Shown here in pieces: positions 28,023 to 34,790 of a DNA stretch of 34,790 nucleotides. Source of the stretch: a virus (Duplodnaviria; Heunggongvirae; Uroviricota; Caudoviricetes). Under the pieces are notes generated by a model. That model worked only from the letters and a program-made list of their open reading frames with translations. It was not told where the DNA came from and did no database searches. Every line of letters starts with the position of its first letter. The first letter of the stretch is position 1. The DNA is taken from IMG/VR virus record IMGVR_UViG_2585427727_000020; one strand, given 5' to 3'. The position numbers and the translations under genes were made by a program.

Positions 28023-28697
28023 ATGAAAACAATCCATGACATCCGGCGGTCTAACGCCAGAAAACTGAGAGATGGTGTTGGCGGGAATTCTTCCTTTGCC
28101 ACTATGATTGATCGCGAGCCAACCCAGACCAGCAGGTTTATGGGAGATGGTGCTACTAAAAATATCGGTGACAACATGGCACGACACATCGAAAAATGTT
28201 TCGACCTGCCTGTCGGATGGCTCGATCAAGAACACCAGACAACGAACATCACAAAAAAACCTGATGTTTCAATCACTAATAAACAAATCACATTAGTCCC
28301 TGTCATATCATGGGTACAGGCCGGAGCATGGAAAGAAGTTGGATATTCTGAGGTTGATTTGAGCACAGCAGAAACGTATCCCTGCCCTGTACCCTGTGGG
28401 GAAATGACTTATATCTTGCGGGTGATAGGTGATTCAATGATTGATGAGTACCGCCCGGGAGACATGATTTTTGTCGATCCTGAAGTACCTGCCTGCCACG
28501 GTGACGACGTTATTGCATTGATGCACGATACAGGTGAAACCACCTTCAAAAGGTTGATAGAAGATGGGACACAGCGTTATCTCAAAGCGTTAAACCCAAA
28601 CTGGCCTGAGCCTTACATTAAGATCAACGGTAATTGCTCTATAATTGGAACTGTGATTTTCTCAGGAAAACCAAGAAGATACAAAATCAAAGCCTAA
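28023..28697 (+). CDS. CI-type prophage repressor (N-terminal HTH, C-terminal S24 LexA-like peptidase domain)
   Basis: C-terminal domain has the S24 Ser/Lys dyad context (RVIGDSMIDEYRPGDMIFVD ... TFKRL); divergent from cro across the operator region. Confidence 0.85.
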   Translation: MKTIHDIRRSNARKLRDGVGGNSSFATMIDREPTQTSRFMGDGATKNIGDNMARHIEKCFDLPVGWLDQEHQTTNITKKPDVSITNKQITLVPVISWVQAGAWKEVGYSEVDLSTAETYPCPVPCGEMTYILRVIGDSMIDEYRPGDMIFVDPEVPACHGDDVIALMHDTGETTFKRLIEDGTQRYLKALNPNWPEPYIKINGNCSIIGTVIFSGKPRRYKIKA

Positions 28698-28708
28698 TCA
28701 ATGTTTAT

Positions 28709-28733
28709 GAACCTGCTTCGGCAGGTTTTTTTA
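28709..28733 (+). terminator. Rho-independent terminator after cI
   Basis: Stem AACCTGC / GCAGGTT with TTCG loop followed by a T7 tract, 12 nt after the cI stop. Confidence 0.6.
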
Positions 28734-28736
28734 TAC

Positions 28737-28770
28737 TTGACAATGTACCCTTGAGATACATAATGTACCT
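28737..28770 (+). promoter_or_regulatory. pL-like early promoter with OL-like operator repeats
   Basis: TTGACA (28737-42), 16-17 nt spacer, CATAAT-like -10; two direct AATGTACC copies (28742-49, 28762-69) share the operator half-site seen between cro and cI. Confidence 0.45.
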
Positions 28771-28931
28771 AAGAGAAACAACAAACAGGCAGGACGCCCA
28801 CGAAGTAGCCGCCTGGGGCATATGAAGTCCAGGATGATTCGTTAGCAACAAAAAAGCGCCCTACAGGACGCTTAGCTCTTTAACAATCTGGTCCCCATCA
28901 ACAAGTAACTGATAACTTGAGGAGGTGTGAA

Positions 28932-29138
28932 ATGCACAAAACAGAACCCAAAATCGTCGCGCCCGGATACACAAATGAGGAAATTTACGAGTGGATGGCA
29001 AAGAAGCTGGCAGCTATAAACCAGCTTCGTGAAGTGCTGTCTTATCGACAGGAAACAATAGACTCCTTAAAAAAACTGGATCAGGAAATCACGGTTTTAT
29101 CACAGGATGTTACTTTAGATATTGTGCAGACAAATTAG
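28932..29138 (+). CDS. Small hypothetical protein, first gene of the early-left transcript
   Basis: 68-aa ORF from the ATG preceded by GGAGGTG (MHKTEPKIVAPGYTNEEIYEWMAKKLAAINQL...); the ORF-track frame starts 15 nt upstream. Confidence 0.4.
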   Translation: MHKTEPKIVAPGYTNEEIYEWMAKKLAAINQLREVLSYRQETIDSLKKLDQEITVLSQDVTLDIVQTN

Positions 29139-29544
29139 GATCCCATTCATTTTCGTCAAAATCATCAAAGTGATGAATTTGTGATCTCCAGTCTCGATAA
29201 TCTAAAAATTTCTGGGCGGTTACGCTTATTTTATCAAGTGTGAGTTCATCCTGAATTGAAAGAAGAAGTTCATCAAATTTCATCTCATTAATCTGTTTTG
29301 GCATCCAGTGATGCTTCATCAGAATAAGGTGAACCAGAGCCTTTTTCCCATTCAACTGATTATAGGGAGTGCCGAATTTCTTCCGGTGCTCATGTAAGAC
29401 AAGATCCAGAAGAGTAAGTAATGTTGCCCTTGATTCCACTTTGCTTATTTCGACTGATGACACTACCCCACTGATTTCAATGCCCCGATACTTTCCAACA
29501 TTTTCACAGTGGGATTTGTACAACGTGTAGATATTACCGGACAT
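29110..29544 (-). CDS. Low-GC hypothetical protein encoded antisense to the early-left operon
   Basis: 144-aa ORF, AT-rich, convergent with and overlapping the upstream small ORF. Contains an Rx6H segment near the C-terminus (RDWRSQIHH) weakly reminiscent of HEPN motifs; no family assigned. Confidence 0.55.
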   Translation of the reverse strand: MSGNIYTLYKSHCENVGKYRGIEISGVVSSVEISKVESRATLLTLLDLVLHEHRKKFGTPYNQLNGKKALVHLILMKHHWMPKQINEMKFDELLLSIQDELTLDKISVTAQKFLDYRDWRSQIHHFDDFDENEWDPNLSAQYLK

Positions 29545-29558
29545 TTCTTTTCCTTTTG

Positions 29559-29612
29559 CGTTGTTGGGGATAACCAGATTAACCGAATCCTTGTTGTTGG
29601 GGAATAACCAGG
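29559..29612. repeat. Two direct repeats TTGTTGGGGA(A)TAACCAG upstream of the 29110-29544 gene
   Basis: 17-18 nt units about 33 bp apart, 17-68 bp upstream of the start codon; candidate regulator binding sites. Confidence 0.4.
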
Positions 29613-29840
29613 TCCACCTCGCCTGATGTGGCTAAAAGCAGGCACATAACAGCTAAGTATTTTCAACCAGAGAGAATCCTTAGCGTTGTGGTGAATGCTG
29701 CTCAGCGCACGCGGGTTAAGGTTGAGGCTGACAGTCGACCTTCTGTGGATACCCACCCGCCTGGTGTGCAACCTTCGCCAGGCACCGGGAGGCACCCGGC
29801 ACCACAACTTTATGCTGTGTGTAGTCTTGGCGGTACCAGC

Positions 29841-29892
29841 TTGTACCCTTGCTTCCGGCTGGTACCGTCCTTTTTACAAAACAGAGAAGAGC
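29841..29892 (+). terminator. Strong plus-strand stem-loop with T-tract (candidate tL-like terminator or 3' end of a small RNA)
   Basis: CGGTACCAGC and GCTGGTACCG form a perfect 10-bp stem around a 17-nt loop, followed by TCCTTTTTAC; lies in a 450-nt GC-rich non-coding gap. Confidence 0.5.
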
Positions 29893-30024
29893 ATCACCGG
29901 ACGACGGGCTCATAACTCAATCCATCCGGGCGGCTGCCACCGCAGGTGTTCTTCTCTGTTTTGTGGAGAAACTAATCGGCCTTGCAGGGTCGATATGATG
30001 AGGAGCAGCAAAATGGCTAGCGAA

Positions 30025-30375
30025 CGCAGTACTGATGTGCAGGCATTTATCGGGGAGCTGGACGGCGGCGTATTTGAAACCAAAATCGGCGCAGTTCTCA
30101 GTGAAGTCGCTTCCGGTGTGATGAACACGAAAACCAAAGGTAAGGTCTCACTCAACCTGGAAATCGAACCATTTGATGAGAACCGAGTGAAAATCAAACA
30201 CAAACTCTCATATGTTCGCCCGACTAACCGCGGGAAAATTTCTGAAGAAGACACCACCGAAACGCCGATGTATGTCAATCGCGGTGGTCGCCTGACTATT
30301 CTGCAGGAAGACCAGGGACAATTACTGACTCTTGCCGGTGAACCTGACGGAAAACTCCGCGCAGCAGGTCATTAA
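30025..30375 (+). CDS. YfdP-like early-region prophage protein
   Basis: 116-aa ORF from the ATG preceded by GAGGAG (MASERSTDVQAFIGELDGG...); the upstream in-frame extension is Arg-rich junk. Synteny with the downstream YfdQ-like gene as in CPS-53-type prophages. Confidence 0.45.
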   Translation, partial: RSTDVQAFIGELDGGVFETKIGAVLSEVASGVMNTKTKGKVSLNLEIEPFDENRVKIKHKLSYVRPTNRGKISEEDTTETPMYVNRGGRLTILQEDQGQLLTLAGEPDGKLRAAGH

Positions 30376-30440
30376 TATCGTTCTTAATTAACTGATTATT
30401 TATCTCATCACTGAATATCTTTATATAGTGAGGACTTATT

Positions 30441-31265
30441 ATGTCTCAGAACTTAGACGCAACCGCAATTAATCAAATCCATGCTATTATTTCTGCTCAG
30501 GGTGTTAATGAAATTATCAGTAAGATTGGTGCCGATGCTGTAGCATTGCCTGAGAATTTCCGCATTCATGATCTGGAAAAATTTAATTTAAATCGCTTCC
30601 GTTTCCGTGGTGCGCTTTCCACTGCCAGCATCGATGACTTTACCCGTTATTCTAAAGATCTTGCAGATGAAGGCACCCGCTGCTTTATCGATGCTGATAA
30701 TATGCGTGCCGTCAGTGTGCTTAACCTGGGTACTATTGATGAACCAGGTCACGCAGATAACACCGCCACTCTCAAACTGAAAAAGACAGCACCGTTCTCT
30801 GCACTGTTGTCTGTTAACAGCGAGCGTAACTCCCAGAAGTCACTGGCAGAATGGATTGAAGACTGGGCCGACTACCTTGTGGGTTTTGATGCTAATGGTG
30901 ACGCTATCCAGGCAACAAAAGCGGCTGCGGCTGTCCGTAAAATCACGATTGAAGCAAACCAGACCGCTGATTTTGAAGATAATGACTTCAGCGGCAAACG
31001 CTCCCTGATGGAGTCTGTCGAAGCGAAGACCAAAGACATTATGCCAGTGGCATTTGAATTTAAATGCGTTCCGTTTGAAGGTCTGAAAGAACGTTCTTTT
31101 AAATTACGCCTCAGCATTATCACTGGCGATCGTCCTGTACTTGTTCTGCGCATTATTCAGCTGGAGGCGGTGCAGGAAGAAATGGCTAACGAATTTCGCG
31201 ATCTGCTTGTTGAGAAATTCAAAGACAGCAAAGTAGAAACCTTTATTGGTACTTTCACCGCCTGA
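30441..31265 (+). CDS. YfdQ-like (DUF2303) prophage protein
   Basis: 274-aa ORF ([21 protein letters not shown]...); length and N-terminus match my recollection of E. coli CPS-53 YfdQ. Confidence 0.5.
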   Translation: MSQNLDATAINQIHAIISAQGVNEIISKIGADAVALPENFRIHDLEKFNLNRFRFRGALSTASIDDFTRYSKDLADEGTRCFIDADNMRAVSVLNLGTIDEPGHADNTATLKLKKTAPFSALLSVNSERNSQKSLAEWIEDWADYLVGFDANGDAIQATKAAAAVRKITIEANQTADFEDNDFSGKRSLMESVEAKTKDIMPVAFEFKCVPFEGLKERSFKLRLSIITGDRPVLVLRIIQLEAVQEEMANEFRDLLVEKFKDSKVETFIGTFTA

Positions 31266-31393
31266 TTTGATTACTGCAAATGCCCCTGCGGGGGCATTTA
31301 TGGAAACGTAATTAACTCAATAATCTCCGGATGGTGAGGGCTTCCTTTTACCAGAATTCAGTGCGGTGCAGCGCAAATAACGTGGAGAACAAA

Positions 31394-31942
31394 ATGTCAT
31401 TTATTAAAACTTTTTCTGGGAAGCATTTTTATTATGACAGGATAAATAAAGACGACATCGTTATTAACGATATCGCGGTTTCCCTTTCAAATATCTGTCG
31501 CTTTGCAGGACATCTTTCACACTTCTACAGCGTCGCCCAACATGCGGTTCTTTGCAGCCAACTGGTACCGCAGGAATTTGCTTTTGAAGCGTTAATGCAT
31601 GATGCAACAGAAGCGTATTGCCAGGACATCCCCGCTCCACTGAAACGCCTTCTTCCTGACTATAAACAGATGGAAGAAAAAATAGACGCCGTAATCCGTG
31701 AGAAATACGGGTTACCCCCGGTTATGAGTACGCCCGTGAAATATGCCGATCTCATCATGCTGGCAACCGAACGCCGCGATCTCGGGCTTGATGATGGCTC
31801 TTTCTGGCCTGTACTGGAAGGCATCCCGGCAACAGAGATGTTCAACGTGATTCCACTGGCACCGGGCCATGCCTACGGGATGTTTATGGAACGCTTTAAA
31901 GAGCTGCATAAGATGCATAAACAATCCAGACAGCGAAATTAA
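31394..31942 (+). CDS. HD-domain phosphohydrolase (YfbR-like 5'-deoxynucleotidase family)
   Basis: HD motif context (HLSHFYSVAQHAVLCS ... EALMHDATEAYCQDIP). Start taken at MSFIKTFSG; the ORF-track frame starts 63 nt upstream. Confidence 0.7.
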   Translation: MSFIKTFSGKHFYYDRINKDDIVINDIAVSLSNICRFAGHLSHFYSVAQHAVLCSQLVPQEFAFEALMHDATEAYCQDIPAPLKRLLPDYKQMEEKIDAVIREKYGLPPVMSTPVKYADLIMLATERRDLGLDDGSFWPVLEGIPATEMFNVIPLAPGHAYGMFMERFKELHKMHKQSRQRN

Positions 31943-31970
31943 CTAGTGAAATAGTTTTGTAGCAAAAGAA

Positions 31971-32231
31971 ATGAGGTTATCAAAAATGCTTCAAATGCTG
32001 ACACTTGAGGAATGGGCTGCGGAAAAATACAGAAGTAATCCTCCAAGCGTGTCCACATTGCGTCGTTATGCTAAGCAGAATTTATTTTGTCCACCGGCAA
32101 TGAAACAAGGTCGACTATGGCGAGTGCGTGAGGACGCAGAGTTAGTTGGGGAATTAGTTACTCCTGTCATCAAGAAAAATGATTCTATTATTCTACAAAG
32201 GATTTTAAGTAATGGCAGCCAGACCACGTAA
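31971..32231 (+). CDS. xis: Excisionase (lambda Xis-like)
   Basis: MLTLEEWAAEKYRSNPPSVSTLRRYAKQNLFCPPAMKQGRLWRVRE parallels lambda Xis (MYLTLQEWNARQRRPRSLETVRRWVRECRIFPPPVKDGREYLFHE); overlaps the int start. Start among three in-frame ATGs uncertain. Confidence 0.7.
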   Translation: MRLSKMLQMLTLEEWAAEKYRSNPPSVSTLRRYAKQNLFCPPAMKQGRLWRVREDAELVGELVTPVIKKNDSIILQRILSNGSQTT

Positions 32232-33339
32232 AAATAATGTTTCAGTCCCGAACTTGTATCCGCTTTATAGTAGAAAAGTAAATAAAGTCTATTGGCGATA
32301 TAAACATCCTGTGACCGGGAAGTTTCATTCTTTAGGCACAAACGAAGCTGAAGCCATTGCTATTGCCACTGAGGCAAATTCACGCCTGGCTGAGCAAAGA
32401 ACCCGGCAGATTCTGGCTATCAGTGACAGGATCGCAACCAGCAAAGGAAAAGCAATCACAACGTCAACCTGGTTAGATCGCTATCAAGCAATCCAGGATG
32501 ACAGACTGGAAAGTGGCGATATAAAGCTAAACACCTATAAACAGAAAGCCAAACCAGTATCCTTGCTCAGGGAACGAGCAGGAATGAAATTAATTTCATC
32601 AGTTGATGTAAGGGATATAGCACAATTACTTGACGAGTATATCACTGCCGGGCAACCGAGGATGGCGCAAGTAGTCCGCTCCGTTCTAATTGATGTATTC
32701 AAGGAGGCACAACACTATGGGGAAGTCCCTCCGGGCTATAATCCAGCACTGGCAACCAAACAACCCAGAAGAAAAATTACCCGACAACGGTTAAGTCTTG
32801 AAGAATGGCAAAAAATCTTTGATATCGCAGATGCACGCCATCGTTATATGGGGAATGCCATGCTGTTAGCACTGGTTACCGGCCAACGGTTAGGTGATAT
32901 CTCACGTATGAAATTTAGCGATATTTGGGATGATCATCTTCACGTCATCCAAGAAAAAACCGGGAGCAAAATCGCCATCCCGCTTTCCCTTCGCCTCAAT
33001 GCAATTAACTGGAGTTTACGCGATGTAGTAGCCCGCTGCCGTGACTATGCAGTCAGCCCATACCTTGTACATTTTTTTCGTACTACTTCACAGGCTGAAC
33101 GTGGCGCGCAAGTAAAAGCCAATACATTGACGATGAATTTCAGTAAAGCGAGGGATTTAGCAGGCATTGACTGGGGTGAAGGTTCGCCCGCCACATTCCA
33201 TGAACAAAGATCTTTATCTGAGCGACTTTACGAAGCTCAGGGCGTCGACACCCAAAAACTTCTGGGACATAAATCGCCTAACCAGACAGCTAAATACCAT
33301 GATGATCGTGGTAAGGAATGGGCAAAAATCAAGGTTTGA
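32212..33339 (+). CDS. int: Lambda-family tyrosine integrase
   Basis: 375-aa ORF; C-terminus HEQRSLSERLYEAQGV...LLGHKSPNQTAKYHDDRGKEWAKIKV parallels lambda Int including the catalytic Tyr context. Confidence 0.9.
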   Translation: MAARPRKNNVSVPNLYPLYSRKVNKVYWRYKHPVTGKFHSLGTNEAEAIAIATEANSRLAEQRTRQILAISDRIATSKGKAITTSTWLDRYQAIQDDRLESGDIKLNTYKQKAKPVSLLRERAGMKLISSVDVRDIAQLLDEYITAGQPRMAQVVRSVLIDVFKEAQHYGEVPPGYNPALATKQPRRKITRQRLSLEEWQKIFDIADARHRYMGNAMLLALVTGQRLGDISRMKFSDIWDDHLHVIQEKTGSKIAIPLSLRLNAINWSLRDVVARCRDYAVSPYLVHFFRTTSQAERGAQVKANTLTMNFSKARDLAGIDWGEGSPATFHEQRSLSERLYEAQGVDTQKLLGHKSPNQTAKYHDDRGKEWAKIKV

Positions 33340-33358
33340 ATTTTACAAAATTGAATGA

Positions 33359-33378
33359 TACTGTATATGCATACAGAA
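33359..33378. promoter_or_regulatory. LexA box (SOS box) inside a promoter upstream of the int-distal two-gene cassette
   Basis: TACTGTATATGCATACAGAA matches the E. coli LexA consensus TACTGTATATATATACAGTA at 16/20 with both CTGT and ACAG arms and exact 8-nt spacing. It overlaps a possible TTGAAT-N17-CAGAAT promoter; a second promoter (TTGAAA-N16-AATAAT) lies just downstream; the ATG is at 33455. Confidence 0.6.
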
Positions 33379-33454
33379 TTTAAAGAAAATTAAGCTCTTG
33401 AAAGTGCTTGGTTTTATGGAATAATGAAACCAAATAGTTTACAGGAGTTTTCTT

Positions 33455-34351
33455 ATGCAGTTGTATGCCTTACGTGTGTTAATGAGACCGCGCGATCCAG
33501 ACCTCTTTTCGAAAGGAGCTGTTCAGAAAGATATCTCTCATTTTGAAAATGCTATGGTTGTCGCTGCAAAAAATTTACACATGACGTCATCAACACCTTC
33601 CGTTCATAAGAAAACTAGTTACACCCTGAAATTGAGCATAAAACCTACTGATGGTGTTATGGCTGGAGTCATATCAAAGCTGCAAAAGATTAAAGGACAT
33701 GATAAAGACTTTCGAGAGTACGATGTAGACAACTATCCACCTATCGTATGGATTTGGGACAAAGTAGAGCAGGTGTTACTGGTTGAGAGGAAAACCGCTG
33801 TTTTCAAGGATGCGCAACAAGTTGCTAAAGCATTCGAAGATCTAGCCAATAACGACTATTTGGCTCAGTTAGGACTTAGAATATTTATAGAGCCTTGTCT
33901 TGAAATGGAAGATTTTTGGTCAGAATACCATAGGCTTCAATTTATCGACAAAGTCAGCTTTACGCTGATTACTCCGAATATCTTCGGAAGCAGTAAGCAA
34001 GCGTTAACCAATGATTTACGGAAGCTTGAAAAAGATACCAATGCAAATACTGTGACCACTATTTTTGAAAACAAAGATGGCAATTTGAAACTCAAAGGTT
34101 CTCATTGGGCTGAGACTCTTGTTGACTGGGTCAAAGATGGTGGCGGGTCATGGTTGATTAAAGGACGTAAGACACTCAAGTCAAAATCTACTACGGTATC
34201 CAGTAATCAGACAGCCAAAATCGTGCTGATCGAAGGTGAGATATCAGAAATTGAACTTGATGGCTACTCAGCAAATGATATTAAAGAGATCATAGCATTA
34301 CATCAAAACAGGTATACGTTCAAAAATGCAAAATCTAACTGTCTGGATTAA
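33455..34351 (+). CDS. Low-GC hypothetical protein, first gene of the SOS-box cassette
   Basis: 298-aa ORF with ATG preceded by GGAG; AT-rich unlike the prophage backbone; no family recognised, no HEXXH or other catalytic motif seen. Confidence 0.6.
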   Translation: MQLYALRVLMRPRDPDLFSKGAVQKDISHFENAMVVAAKNLHMTSSTPSVHKKTSYTLKLSIKPTDGVMAGVISKLQKIKGHDKDFREYDVDNYPPIVWIWDKVEQVLLVERKTAVFKDAQQVAKAFEDLANNDYLAQLGLRIFIEPCLEMEDFWSEYHRLQFIDKVSFTLITPNIFGSSKQALTNDLRKLEKDTNANTVTTIFENKDGNLKLKGSHWAETLVDWVKDGGGSWLIKGRKTLKSKSTTVSSNQTAKIVLIEGEISEIELDGYSANDIKEIIALHQNRYTFKNAKSNCLD

Positions 34352-34790
34352 AGCTATAGCTACCTTCTTTTTGTGCTTAGCATTAGCATCGACTGATAAA
34401 ACCATTTATACCTTACTTGAGCAGGCTTCTGCTGGAGTAATAGGTTCAATACTTGGAGGTATTGCCGCAGGTATCTCCGTTATCTTCGGAATTTTGGCTG
34501 TCATTAATAAGGGCGAGAAAAGCACAGACTTTACGGACTATTTAGATAGTTTAGAATTAGATTTGAAATTACTGGTCATGTGTCTGGCAGTAACAATCTT
34601 CCTTCCCTATTTACGTAATTATGACATACCACTAGTAAATTATCCTCAGCACGAATTTATCCCTTCTAAAGGCAAGCTATTTACTGCTTTAGAACTTTTT
34701 GCTATCGTGCTATCTCTTAACCTCATTGCAGAAGTGATTAGCTGCATGATTTTAGTGGTTAAAAAAAGTTTCAAAATTGAATCAAAGTGA
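34326..34790 (+). CDS. Small polytopic membrane protein (about 4 TM helices, glycine-zipper segment), second gene of the cassette
   Basis: 154-aa ORF overlapping the upstream gene by 26 nt; hydrophobic helices include GSILGGIAAGISVIFGILAV. The stop codon is the last 3 nt of the window. Confidence 0.6.
   Translation: MQNLTVWIKAIATFFLCLALASTDKTIYTLLEQASAGVIGSILGGIAAGISVIFGILAVINKGEKSTDFTDYLDSLELDLKLLVMCLAVTIFLPYLRNYDIPLVNYPQHEFIPSKGKLFTALELFAIVLSLNLIAEVISCMILVVKKSFKIESK

Noticed and set aside
27932-28235. Upstream 100 codons of ORF 27732-28235 overlapping cI
   Set aside because: Overlaps the cI start and operator region on the opposite strand; a GGAGGT-preceded internal ATG gives a 66-aa Cro-like protein.
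29628-30024. N-terminal extension of the yfdP-like frame (29695 onward) and other ORFs in the GC-rich gap
   Set aside because: Arg/Cys-rich low-complexity translations; a strong GAGGAG RBS and ATG at 30025 mark the real start; region contains a terminator hairpin.
33340-33454. Search for a tRNA gene or attachment-site core next to int
   Set aside because: No tRNA-like T-loop or acceptor-stem pattern seen; the att core cannot be defined without the other prophage end, which lies beyond the IS outside the window.
33455-34351. Possibility that the 298-aa cassette protein is the e14 Lit protease (similar length and position)
   Set aside because: No HEXXH zinc-metalloprotease motif anywhere in the translation; sequence does not read as Lit-like.

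Overview
The window is almost entirely a mosaic lambdoid temperate prophage (e14/CPS-53-like) from an E. coli-like enterobacterium, seen from its tail-fiber end to its xis-int end. No database search or computation was run; all family calls come from reading the translations, and small non-ORF coordinates may be off by a few nt. The structural and late genes are on the minus strand, read right to left: lysis cassette (holin, lambda R-type endolysin, Rz/Rz1), HNH endonuclease, terminase small and large subunits, HK97-type portal, prohead protease and major capsid, head-tail connectors, then a Mu-like contractile tail ending in tail fiber and tail fiber assembly genes. Upstream on the same strand are a Q antiterminator, a nin-like region (DUF968, KilA-N, RusA, a LexA DNA-binding-domain paralog, a PerC-like regulator), an O-like replication initiator with internal iterons, and cro. 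cI is divergent, followed by a plus-strand early operon ending in xis and a lambda-type integrase. The prophage looks partly defective: an IS256-family element cuts the 3' end of tfa, and the major capsid frame carries an in-frame TAG. Four low-GC accessory insertions stand out: a membrane-anchored moron inside the tail module, a TIR-like gene between Q and the holin, an antisense gene in the early operon, and an SOS-box-preceded two-gene cassette just beyond int. The last is my best candidate for an undescribed conditional-killing or anti-phage module, with the TIR-like gene second. No rRNA, tRNA or CRISPR array was seen.
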